Shown: in pieces, positions 53,425-62,492 of the stretch
Layout: each line of letters opens with the position of its first letter
Position numbering within the stretch: the first letter of the stretch is position 1
Source of the DNA: Synergistales bacterium
GTDB lineage: Bacteria > Synergistota > Synergistia > Synergistales > JAFGMB01
DNA: 64,000 nucleotides
NCBI GenBank assembly: GCA_963666205.1
Contig: OY762654.1
Location: 2,560,001-2,624,000, forward strand
Direction: 5' to 3'
The notes under the pieces: model-generated
The model's database searches: none
The model's input: the letters and a program-made list of their open reading frames with translations, nothing else
Told to the model about the DNA's origin: nothing
Position numbers and translations under genes: made by a program

Positions 53425-53476
53425 TTGTACTCTATATGTTGAGTTATTATAATAAACCATATCCTATATATGGAGG
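53425..53476 (+). promoter_or_regulatory. nrdR promoter overlapped by tandem NrdR boxes
   Basis: TTGTAC-17 nt-TATAAT; boxes ACTCTATATGTTGAGT (53429-53444) and ATCCTATATATGGAGG (53461-53476), starts 32 bp apart. Confidence 0.8.
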
Positions 53477-53483
53477 TCTTTCT

Positions 53484-53960
53484 ATGAGATGCCCGGAGTG
53501 CGGTGCCATGGAAACCAGGGTTATCGAAACCCGAACTGCTGATGAGGGAAGGGTTGTTCGCCGAAGGCGGGAATGTCCGGTTTGTTTTGCCCGCTTCACT
53601 ACTTATGAAAGAGTTGAAGAGAAAAGAGTGCTTTGGGTTCTGAAAAAAGATGGGCGAAGGGAGGCCTTTGACAGATCAAAACTTTTGAGAGGTATCAGTA
53701 AGGCCTGCGAGAAGCTTCCCGTCTCCCTTGAACAGATAGAGGATATCACATGCAGGATAGAAGATAAGCTCAGAATGCAGGGCTATGGAGAGGTGTCAGG
53801 TAACGATATAGGAGAATTAGTAATGTCTGAGCTTAAGGAACTCAATAAAGTTGCCTATGTCAGATTTGCATCGGTGTATAGGGAATTTACCGATATTGCA
53901 AGTTTCCAGAAAGAACTTGCAAGGCTCTCTTCAGAAAGAGAGGAACATCGGGATAGCTGA
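53484..53960 (+). CDS. nrdR: Transcriptional repressor NrdR
   Basis: MRCPEC, RRRRECPVC, RFTTYE, ATP cone and AYVRFASVY. Confidence 0.96.
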   Translation: MRCPECGAMETRVIETRTADEGRVVRRRRECPVCFARFTTYERVEEKRVLWVLKKDGRREAFDRSKLLRGISKACEKLPVSLEQIEDITCRIEDKLRMQGYGEVSGNDIGELVMSELKELNKVAYVRFASVYREFTDIASFQKELARLSSEREEHRDS

Positions 53961-54117
53961 CAATCAATGACTTCAGAGGGCTATGCTCTCCTTTCTGTTT
54001 CTTCCCGGATTCACCTTTCTGTGCCGACAGTTCCTGTGAACTATATTTTTTACATTTCCATGGTGCTATGATTATTACCATAGTTCTGACTTTATATTTA
54101 AGGGGGAATTGAGACTA

Positions 54118-55302
54118 ATGGCAGTAGCAATGACTTTCCTGAAGGAAGAGGTCCAGAGGCTCAAGGAAGAAGGCCTGTATACGAATATCCGCACTATTGA
54201 CGGTCCCCAGGGTGCCTGGGTTAACATTGAAGGGAAGAAATACCTTAATATGTGTTCCAATAACTACCTTGGCTTATGTAGCGAACCAAGGCTGGTTTCC
54301 AGGGTAAAGGAACTCATAGATCGTTTTGGGGTGGGTCCCGGTGCTGTAAGAACTATTGCCGGTACTTTGAGTATACATATAGAACTGGAGGATAAACTGG
54401 CTGAATTCAAGGGTACTGAGGCTTCTGCCCTTGTCCAGTCAGGTTTTTGCGCAAACCTTGCAGCGATTCCTTCCCTTGTAGGGAAAAACGACCTTATTTT
54501 CAGTGATGAACTTAACCATGCCTCCATAATTGATGGTTCCAGACTCAGCGGAGCTAAAATTGTTCGTTTCAGTCATAGTGATCATAATGACCTTGCCTTG
54601 AAGTTGGAGGAATATAAAGATCAAAACTGTAAAAAACTTGTCGTGACAGACGGAGTTTTTTCTATGGATGGAGATATTGCACCCCTGCCTGATCTTGTGG
54701 ATGTGGCGGAAAGATACGGCGCAATGATAATGGTTGATGACGCACACGGGGAAGGAGTGCTTGGAAGAGGTGGCCGGGGTATAGTTGATCATTTTGGTCT
54801 TCATGGCAGAGTTGATGTTGAAGTTGGAACTCTTTCGAAAGCTTTTGGCGTGGTGGGGGGATTTATTGCAGGCAGCAGAGACCTTATCGAATACATGAGG
54901 CAGAAGGCTCGCCCCAACCTTTTCAGTAGTGCCCTGACCGTTCCTGATGTTGCAGCTTGCCTTGCTGCTGTCGAAATACTTCAGGAAAGCGATGAGCTTG
55001 TAACAAGACTCTGGGATAATGGGAAATACCTTAAGGAAGAATTAAAAAAACTGGGATTCAACACAGGGAACAGTGAAACTCCCATAACTCCGGTTATCAT
55101 TGGAGAAGAGGTCGCGGCTAAAAAATTCAGTTCAAGGCTTTTCGATGAAGGGATTTTTGCAGGGGCTATCGCCTTTCCGACTGTTCCGAGGGGAAGGGCT
55201 AGAATTAGAGTGATGGTTTCTGCAGCGCACAGCAGAAAAGATCTTGATTTTGCTGTGGATAGATTTGCTCTTGTCGGAAGGGATCTTGAAATTATAGGTT
55301 AA
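54118..55302 (+). CDS. kbl: Glycine C-acetyltransferase / AON synthase family PLP enzyme
   Basis: [28 protein letters not shown] and ARIR motifs. Confidence 0.85.
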   Translation: MAVAMTFLKEEVQRLKEEGLYTNIRTIDGPQGAWVNIEGKKYLNMCSNNYLGLCSEPRLVSRVKELIDRFGVGPGAVRTIAGTLSIHIELEDKLAEFKGTEASALVQSGFCANLAAIPSLVGKNDLIFSDELNHASIIDGSRLSGAKIVRFSHSDHNDLALKLEEYKDQNCKKLVVTDGVFSMDGDIAPLPDLVDVAERYGAMIMVDDAHGEGVLGRGGRGIVDHFGLHGRVDVEVGTLSKAFGVVGGFIAGSRDLIEYMRQKARPNLFSSALTVPDVAACLAAVEILQESDELVTRLWDNGKYLKEELKKLGFNTGNSETPITPVIIGEEVAAKKFSSRLFDEGIFAGAIAFPTVPRGRARIRVMVSAAHSRKDLDFAVDRFALVGRDLEIIG

Positions 55303-55403
55303 AAGATTCACTAGATTTTATCAGCATCATATCTTCTGAAAACTTTTCTTAGTGTATAATAATTCTAGCTTTGTTTCATCTATTTGAAGGAGGGGAAAGG
55401 TGT

Positions 55404-56537
55404 ATGAAGTTACGTAATGTTTTACTTGCAGGGCTCTTGGTTATGGTATTTGCGGGGATGGCTATGGCTGCAGATGTAATCAAAATTGGTGTATATGAGC
55501 CCATGACAGGACAGATGGCTTTTGGCGGGCAGCTGACAGTTGATGGTATGAAGCTTGCTCAGGAACAGGCACCAGAAGTGCTTGGGAAAAAGATCGAACT
55601 TATTATCGTTGATAATAAATCAGATAAGGTTGAGGCAGCTAATGCGGTCAAACGCCTGATTGATAAGGAAAAAGTAGTTGCGATCATAGGGAGTTACGGA
55701 TCTTCCCTTTCCATGGCAGGAGGAGAAGTGGCAGAAAAGGCTGGGATCCCTGTTATTACTGATTCCGCAACAAATCCTCTTGTAACCCAGGGGAAAAAAT
55801 ATTATTTCCGTATGTGTTTCATCGATCCATATCAGGGTGCTGCAGCTGCAACATATGCCTATGAGAATCTTGAGGCCCGCAAAGCTGCTCTTCTTGTTGA
55901 CGTAGCCCAGGATTACTCTGTCGGTCTGAGCAAATTCTTTAAAGATTCCTTCACCAAAAAAGGAGGGGAAGTACTTCCTCTTTATAAATATCAGTCTGGC
56001 GACCAGGATTTCACAGCTCAGCTTACTGATATGATCAGTAAGGGTGCCGATTTCCTCTTCATTCCTTCTTATTTTGCTGAGGGAGCCATTGTTATGAAAC
56101 AAGCCAGAGAACTTGGTTTTGAGGGAGACATCATGGGTGGAGATGCCATGGATAACCCGGATCTTGTAAAGATAGCCGGTGATTCCGCTGAAGGTTTCAG
56201 TTTCACCACCTTCCCCTATGCTCCTGAAATGCCTGATATGAATCCTGTAGCCAAGAAATTTACGGAACTCTGGAATGCCAAATACCCCGATCAGCTTCCC
56301 AATGCCAATTCCGCTCTTGGTTATGACTGCTACATGTTTGTCAGGGATATGATAGAAAAGGCCGGTTCAACAGATCCTGAAAAGATCACAGAAGCCTTCG
56401 CTTCTGCCAAGGATTGGCTTGGTGCAACTGGTTCAACTACAATCAATGAGAGCCATGATGCTGAAAAACCTGTGGGCATCAAGACCATAAAGAATGGCAA
56501 ACAGGTTTATGCTGCATCCATCAAACCGGAACTTTAG
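55404..56537 (+). CDS. Branched-chain amino acid ABC transporter substrate-binding protein
   Basis: Signal peptide; SATNP, FRMCFID and DQDFTAQL motifs. Confidence 0.9.
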   Translation: MKLRNVLLAGLLVMVFAGMAMAADVIKIGVYEPMTGQMAFGGQLTVDGMKLAQEQAPEVLGKKIELIIVDNKSDKVEAANAVKRLIDKEKVVAIIGSYGSSLSMAGGEVAEKAGIPVITDSATNPLVTQGKKYYFRMCFIDPYQGAAAATYAYENLEARKAALLVDVAQDYSVGLSKFFKDSFTKKGGEVLPLYKYQSGDQDFTAQLTDMISKGADFLFIPSYFAEGAIVMKQARELGFEGDIMGGDAMDNPDLVKIAGDSAEGFSFTTFPYAPEMPDMNPVAKKFTELWNAKYPDQLPNANSALGYDCYMFVRDMIEKAGSTDPEKITEAFASAKDWLGATGSTTINESHDAEKPVGIKTIKNGKQVYAASIKPEL

Positions 56538-56580
56538 AATCTCTCTTCAGATATACATTTAGCCGTAAAGGAAGTTATGA

Positions 56581-56616
56581 AAGGTAAAGGGGGAGTTTAA
56601 GCTCCCTCTTTACCTT
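56581..56616 (+). other. Intercistronic stem-loop (likely mRNA stabiliser)
   Basis: 16-bp stem AAGGTAAAGGGGGAGT/GCTCCCTCTTTACCTT without a U tract. Confidence 0.65.
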
Positions 56617-56640
56617 AATCAATCTGAGAGGTGTGCTTAC

Positions 56641-57534
56641 ATGACATTGACCATGTTCATCCAGCACTTTTTCAACGCTCTCACCCTGGGGAGCCTCTAT
56701 GCCCTTATCGCCATAGGTTATACAATGGTGTATGGCATCTTGAGGCTCATCAACTTTGCCCATGGTGATGTGTTTATGCTGGGCGCTTACTTTATTTTTT
56801 ATACGGGTACCATATTTCACCTTCCATGGATCGTCGGTGTTACTCTGGCAATAATCCTTACATCATTCTGTGGTGTTCTTGTCGAAAGGGCTGCTTACAG
56901 GCCTCTTCGGGAAGCTCCCAGGATATCGGCCCTTATAAGTTCCATAGGAGTTTCCTTTTTTATAGAAAATCTTGCCATAGTTGTTTTTACAGGTATTCCC
57001 AAGCCCGTTGTCAGGCCTGACTGGCTGGTTAAAATAATAGAGATTCGTGGAGTGAGAATCCTTCCTCTTGCAATAGCTGTCCCCATAATGTGTTTAATAC
57101 TTGTAACAGGTTTATTATTCATAGTATACAAAACCAAGCCTGGTCTTGCTATGAGAGCCATTTCCAAGGATATCGAAACAACGAGGCTCATGGGCGTTTC
57201 AGTGAATAAGATAATTTCATTGACCTTTGGCCTGGGGTCGGCTCTTGCTGCTGCAGGCGGAATAATGTGGGCTCTCCGCTATCCGCAGATCCAGCCTCTT
57301 ATGGGGCTTATTCCCGGACTGAAGGCTTTCATAGCGGCTGTTCTTGGTGGGATAGGATCAATTCAGGGGGCAGTTATAGGAGGTCTGCTTCTTGGTTTTA
57401 TTGAGATCATGATAGTGGCTTTTTTCCCTGGCCTGTCAGGGTATAAGGATGCTTTTGCCTTTATCCTGCTGATTGCGATATTGCTTATTAAACCCACTGG
57501 GCTTATGGGTGAGAAAATAGAGGAGAAAGTATGA
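56641..57534 (+). CDS. livH: BCAA ABC transporter permease
   Basis: GYTMVYGILRLINFAHG and KAFIAAVLGGIGS motifs. Confidence 0.92.
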   Translation: MTLTMFIQHFFNALTLGSLYALIAIGYTMVYGILRLINFAHGDVFMLGAYFIFYTGTIFHLPWIVGVTLAIILTSFCGVLVERAAYRPLREAPRISALISSIGVSFFIENLAIVVFTGIPKPVVRPDWLVKIIEIRGVRILPLAIAVPIMCLILVTGLLFIVYKTKPGLAMRAISKDIETTRLMGVSVNKIISLTFGLGSALAAAGGIMWALRYPQIQPLMGLIPGLKAFIAAVLGGIGSIQGAVIGGLLLGFIEIMIVAFFPGLSGYKDAFAFILLIAILLIKPTGLMGEKIEEKV

Positions 57535-58577
57535 TGGCCAGTAAACTGAGAAATCAGATTCTTACACTTCTTGCGATAGCAGCCCTGGGTGTGTTCCTTT
57601 GGTGGGCCAATACAAATCTGGATGGTTACAAGATACAGATCCTTAACCTTATAGCCATAAATGCCATTCTTGCTGTCAGCCTGAATCTTATTTATGGATT
57701 CACTGGAATGTTTTCTCTTGGCCATGCCGGGTTCATGTGTGTAGGAGCCTATGTATCCTCTCTATTGATACTGCCGCAGCTCCAGAAGGATGCTATTTTT
57801 ATCCTGGAACCGATGGCCAGACCAATTTATGCGGCCCATGCACCCTTCCTTGTTGCTGTTCTCCTTGGAGGTCTTGTAGCCTCGTTGTTTGGTCTCTTTA
57901 TTGCACTTCCTGTTCTGCGTCTTGGTGGAGATTATCTTGGTATAGCTACTCTTGGATTTGGCGAAATAATAAGAGTCTTTGCCAATAACCTTGTTCCCAT
58001 AACCAATGGAGCACTTGGTCTCAAGGGTATTCCAGCTTATGCGAATCTTTGGTGGAATTACGGATTTATGGTCTTTACCTTCTACTTCATATGGAGGATC
58101 GTGAACAGCAATTTCGGGAATGCTTTAAAGGCAATACGGGATGATGAAGTCGCAGCCCGTGCTATGGGAATAAACACCTATAAATACAGAGTTATTTCAT
58201 TTACTGTAGGTGCTTTCTTTGCCGGAATAGGCGGAGCACTCCTTGCAAGCCTCCTGACCACCATAGACCCGAAGATGTTCCTTTTTGTAATGACCTTCCA
58301 GGTTCTGATGATTGTAGTAACGGGAGGTCTGGGATCCATTACAGGGAGCATTTTCGGTTCGTTCATTATAACTGCACTCCTGGAATGGCTCCGTTTTGTG
58401 GAAAATCCGATGAATATCCTGGGACTTGAGATACCTGGTGTTCCTGGAATGAGAATGGTTATTTTTTCTCTTTCTCTGGTTCTGATAATAATTTTCAGAC
58501 GTGAAGGTGTAATGGGAATGAGAGAGTTTACATGGGATGGACTTTTCAGTCGTTTTTCAAAGAGAGGTGAGGCCTAA
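57531..58577 (+). CDS. livM: BCAA ABC transporter permease
   Basis: FSLGHAGF, GDYLGIATLGFGE and AIRDDE motifs. Confidence 0.92.
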   Translation: MMASKLRNQILTLLAIAALGVFLWWANTNLDGYKIQILNLIAINAILAVSLNLIYGFTGMFSLGHAGFMCVGAYVSSLLILPQLQKDAIFILEPMARPIYAAHAPFLVAVLLGGLVASLFGLFIALPVLRLGGDYLGIATLGFGEIIRVFANNLVPITNGALGLKGIPAYANLWWNYGFMVFTFYFIWRIVNSNFGNALKAIRDDEVAARAMGINTYKYRVISFTVGAFFAGIGGALLASLLTTIDPKMFLFVMTFQVLMIVVTGGLGSITGSIFGSFIITALLEWLRFVENPMNILGLEIPGVPGMRMVIFSLSLVLIIIFRREGVMGMREFTWDGLFSRFSKRGEA

Positions 58578-59366
58578 ATGTCAGACAGAAGGATAATTCT
58601 TAAAACTCCAGGTCTTACCATGAGATTTGGCGGCCTTACAGCTGTTGATAACTTTGATATCGAGGTCCAGGAAGGTCGTATAGTCGGCCTCATAGGACCC
58701 AACGGTGCCGGAAAAACTACATGCTTCAACATGATAACCGGTTATTACAATCCTACCGAAGGTAAGATAATTTTCTACGATGATGATATTACAGGGATCC
58801 CTACGCACAAGGTTTGCCAGAAGGGCATAGCAAGAACATTCCAGAACATAAGGCTCTTTTATAACGAAACAGTTCTTCAGAATGTTATGATAGGGGCCCA
58901 CTTGAGACAGAAGAGCAAGTGGTGGTATGCTCCCTTCCATATTCCATCCTGTGCAAGGGAAGAGAAAGAGGTCAGGGATAGATCCATGTTTCTTCTTGAG
59001 ACTGTAGGGCTCGGAGATCTGGCCAATGAACAGGCCAATAGTTTGCCCTATGGTGAACAGCGTAGACTGGAGATAGCAAGGGCTCTTGCCACACAGCCCA
59101 GGTTTCTTCTACTAGACGAGCCTGCTGCCGGGATGAACCCTCAGGAATCCTGGGAGTTAATGCATTTCATACAGAAGACCAGGGAGGATTTTAACCTCAC
59201 GATACTTTTGATAGAACATGATATGAAGGTAGTCATGGGAGTCTGCGAACATATCTGGGTTCTGGATTATGGAAAGTTGATAGCGGAAGGAGCACCTGAG
59301 GAGATCCAGGCCAACTCCAAAGTTATTGAAGCTTATCTTGGAGAGGAGTACGTCCAGAATGCTTAA
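58578..59366 (+). CDS. livG: BCAA ABC transporter ATPase
   Basis: GPNGAGKT, RTFQNIRLF, LPYGEQR and EHDM motifs. Confidence 0.93.
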   Translation: MSDRRIILKTPGLTMRFGGLTAVDNFDIEVQEGRIVGLIGPNGAGKTTCFNMITGYYNPTEGKIIFYDDDITGIPTHKVCQKGIARTFQNIRLFYNETVLQNVMIGAHLRQKSKWWYAPFHIPSCAREEKEVRDRSMFLLETVGLGDLANEQANSLPYGEQRRLEIARALATQPRFLLLDEPAAGMNPQESWELMHFIQKTREDFNLTILLIEHDMKVVMGVCEHIWVLDYGKLIAEGAPEEIQANSKVIEAYLGEEYVQNA

Positions 59367-60075
59367 GGTCGAAGGTCTTCATGTCTACTACGGTGGCATT
59401 CATGCGGTCAAAGGGATCAATATCGAAGTTCCCAGGGGCAAGATAGTAACCCTTATCGGAGCTAATGGTGCTGGAAAGAGCAGCACCATCAGAGCTGTTT
59501 CCGGTCTTTTGAAACAGGCTAAAGGTACCATATCTTATAATGGCAACGGTGAAAGCAGAAATATTCTCGGACTATCTCCGGAGGACATAGTCCGTAGAGG
59601 AATAGTAATGTGTCCAGAAGGAAGAAGGATCCTTCCTCATCTTACAGTCTTTGAAAACCTGATGCTTGGTGCCTATACAAGAAATGACAAAAAAGCCATC
59701 AGGAAGGATCTGGACTGGGTTTATGAGCTTTTCCCAAGAATGAAGGAACGAACCTGGCAGAAAGGCGGGACCCTTAGCGGAGGAGAACAGCAGATGCTTG
59801 CAGTCGGTCGTGCCATAATGAGTGCCCCCGAAGTGATAATGCTGGATGAACCTTCTCTGGGATTAGCCCCCCTTCTTGTTAAAGAGGTTTTTGATATTAT
59901 TGGACAGATCAATGCAGAGGGCAAGACGGTGCTTCTGGTTGAACAGAATGCCTATGCTGCATTAAAGATTGCAGATTACGCCTATGTTCTGGAAGTCGGG
60001 AACATTGTCCTTGAGGGGCCGGGAAAAGAATTGCTGGAGGATCAGCGGGTGAAGGAAGCCTACCTTGGTGGATGA
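59359..60075 (+). CDS. livF: BCAA ABC transporter ATPase
   Basis: GANGAGKS, PEGRR, LSGGEQQM and VEQN motifs. Confidence 0.93.
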   Translation: MLKVEGLHVYYGGIHAVKGINIEVPRGKIVTLIGANGAGKSSTIRAVSGLLKQAKGTISYNGNGESRNILGLSPEDIVRRGIVMCPEGRRILPHLTVFENLMLGAYTRNDKKAIRKDLDWVYELFPRMKERTWQKGGTLSGGEQQMLAVGRAIMSAPEVIMLDEPSLGLAPLLVKEVFDIIGQINAEGKTVLLVEQNAYAALKIADYAYVLEVGNIVLEGPGKELLEDQRVKEAYLGG

Positions 60076-60101
60076 TCCAGCCTGAAAGAGTTTGTTTGTT
60101 G

Positions 60102-60151
60102 AATAATAAAGATTCTGGGCCGGCAGATGCCGGCCCGGAATCTTTATTATT
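60102..60151. terminator. Long inverted repeat / terminator after the liv operon
   Basis: AATAATAAAGATTCTGGGCCGGC-AGAT-GCCGGCCCGGAATCTTTATTATT, 23-bp stem with one G-U pair. Confidence 0.8.
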
Positions 60152-60200
60152 GGTATATACTATAATCTGGTTTTTTATTTCTAAAGGAGGGGCTCTTTAT

Positions 60201-60773
60201 ATGGCTGCCATGAATCTTCCAAATCTATTGAGTTTCTCGAGAGTATTTTTAGCGCCTCTGGTAATGGTTTTTCTGACCATGAAGATCAACATAGGGGTTT
60301 TCCCCCTTGAGGAATTGGGAGTAGATGTCAGTTACGGAGATATTCTTGCAGGAATAGTATTCATCATTGCGGCCCTTACGGATACAGCAGATGGTTATAT
60401 AGCCCGTAAAAAGGGGATTGTGACTAACCTCGGGAAATTTATCGATCCACTGGCAGACAAGATCCTTGTCATAGCTGCCCTTATATCTCTTGTTGAACTT
60501 CAGAGATTACCCGCATGGATCGTGGTTGTGATAATCTCCAGGGATATGATGGTAACAGGTCTGAGGATGGTGGCTTCTGCTGAAGGCATTGTAATAGCTG
60601 CTTCGAGATTGGGAAAATGGAAAACAGTAAGTCAGATAGTTGCCATATGTCTCATGATATTCAACTTCCCGGGAGGGCTTGCTGCCATGTGGTTTGCCAT
60701 GATAATGACAGTGTGGTCCGGTGTTGATTATCTCATTAGAGGGAAAAATATCATTTTTAACACAAACTCTTAA
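60201..60773 (+). CDS. pgsA: CDP-diacylglycerol--glycerol-3-phosphate 3-phosphatidyltransferase
   Basis: NLPNLLS, DTADGYIAR...GKFIDPLADK and GKWKT motifs; AGGAGG RBS. Confidence 0.93.
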   Translation: MAAMNLPNLLSFSRVFLAPLVMVFLTMKINIGVFPLEELGVDVSYGDILAGIVFIIAALTDTADGYIARKKGIVTNLGKFIDPLADKILVIAALISLVELQRLPAWIVVVIISRDMMVTGLRMVASAEGIVIAASRLGKWKTVSQIVAICLMIFNFPGGLAAMWFAMIMTVWSGVDYLIRGKNIIFNTNS

Positions 60774-60796
60774 CCGATGGAGAAGAGATACTGGAC

Positions 60797-61215
60797 ATGT
60801 CCGCAATCTTTTCTGAGGTCATGTCCCTTAAGGATGAAATGGTCAGGGTCTTACCTTTCCTGGTGTCCTGTCCAGGTCTTGTTCCTCTTAAGAGAGGGGA
60901 GGGAGAACTCCTGAACGCTGAACATCTTGCCCTGGTTCTTAAGCAATCAGGCCCCTCCGACATTACCTGGTATAGCTCTAAGGATAATTGAGTCCCCCTG
61001 GATATAGACCTGGCATTACAGTCAAGATTTCTGGGAAAGATATTCAGGGATCTGACATTCAGGCGCTTGTATGGGCACAGAAAGCTTATGTTGCCGATAT
61101 TCCCAATGAATATGCTGTTATAGAGTATATGGTAAACGAAGCCAATGTCTTTGTCCTGATGATGTCGGGGATAGGAATTGATCCGGAGATTCTTATCCTT
61201 CCCCTTCATGTTTAA
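60797..61215 (+). other. Two short abutting hypothetical ORFs (60797..60991, 60988..61215), or one frameshifted gene
   Basis: ORFs overlap at TTGA; one extra base at about 60988 would fuse them. Confidence 0.45.
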
Positions 61216-62365
61216 GTAGTGGCCAGATCCAGAGCCTGAGAGAAAATAGATAAAGTATTATTAAGACTGAAATAAACTGAAGCATCCATCCATAGCTGCG
61301 GAATTGAGCCAGGCCTGCTGCAGCCAGAGGAGCCAAAACCCAGACAGCATCGATAAAAGTGTTAAAAAGTGTAAACATTGGTGTCATCAGCTCTCTTGGT
61401 GTGAGTCTGGAAATTTGAGCAAAGAGAAGGGGATATAGTATCCCTGTCCCAAGGCCGAAAAGGATCCCCCCTGTGATCAGTGCTCCAGTAGACATTCCCC
61501 AGCATGCTGTAGTAAGACCCGTTGCTGCGCAGTAAAATCCGGGTTTCAGAAGTCTGGTTTCAAAGCTGTCCACCAACCTGGAGATGAACAGCCTTACCAG
61601 TAGTGATACCCCTGATGCCGGTAAAAGGAAAGCGCTGCCATAGGATCCCCATTCTTTTGCCCCATTGGCCATATAGGGAAGAACCGGTGCGGAAAGCATT
61701 GCAAACGCACTTGCCGAGAGAAGGATGGCTCGTATATTTCCGTTTTTCCACGCCATATTCAGAACGGTAAGCAGGGGGATTCGAGGCGTTGTCTTTTCAT
61801 TCTGTCGAGATAGTCCATTAGCCAGGAATGAAGATATTAAACAAGCCATAAGGGCAATAAAGACTGTCAGTTTCAGATAGCCCTCCAGTACCAGCCACTC
61901 AGCCAAAGGGAAAAAAGTCAGTTGTGGAATAATTGGAGCGAGGCCTGCGAGGCCGAATCCGGCACCTCTTATTTCAGGGGGAAGAATCTTTGCATTGTGA
62001 ATATTGTTTGCAAGGATAAATAGGCCCCAACCAGTTCCCTGGATCAATCTGCCAATAAGTATGAGATAAAATGGTGGCATCATGTTGAGGATCGTGATCC
62101 CTGATGCCATAATAAGACCCCCTGCCAGCAATCCCTTTCGTGTTCCGTATCTGTGAAGGAATGCATTGCTCCAGGGTCTGCTTCCTATAAGCGCTATTTC
62201 AAAAGATATCCATGCAAGTCCCACCGAGAGAGGTGAATAACCCTTCAAGCTAAGGATCAGCGGATACAGGAAAAAAATGGCCATTGATGTGTAACAGGCA
62301 AAGGAACTAAAAAGACATGTAAGAAATTCTTTCGGAAGTGAATCTATCCGGGATCGTATTTTCAT
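61193..62365 (-). CDS. MFS transporter
   Basis: About 12 hydrophobic segments, GRLIQGTG, AGGAG RBS. Confidence 0.85.
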   Translation of the reverse strand: MKIRSRIDSLPKEFLTCLFSSFACYTSMAIFFLYPLILSLKGYSPLSVGLAWISFEIALIGSRPWSNAFLHRYGTRKGLLAGGLIMASGITILNMMPPFYLILIGRLIQGTGWGLFILANNIHNAKILPPEIRGAGFGLAGLAPIIPQLTFFPLAEWLVLEGYLKLTVFIALMACLISSFLANGLSRQNEKTTPRIPLLTVLNMAWKNGNIRAILLSASAFAMLSAPVLPYMANGAKEWGSYGSAFLLPASGVSLLVRLFISRLVDSFETRLLKPGFYCAATGLTTACWGMSTGALITGGILFGLGTGILYPLLFAQISRLTPRELMTPMFTLFNTFIDAVWVLAPLAAAGLAQFRSYGWMLQFISVLIILYLFSLRLWIWPLLKHEGEG

Positions 62366-62492
62366 CTTCTCCTGTCAGTAAAATTACGGGTATTCTTTGA
62401 CCCGATCTTGTACAAAAGCATATAATATATCCCTTAGTAAGAACTATATGTCAAGAAAAATATCCGCATAAACCTTTTGAGGTGAAAAATAT

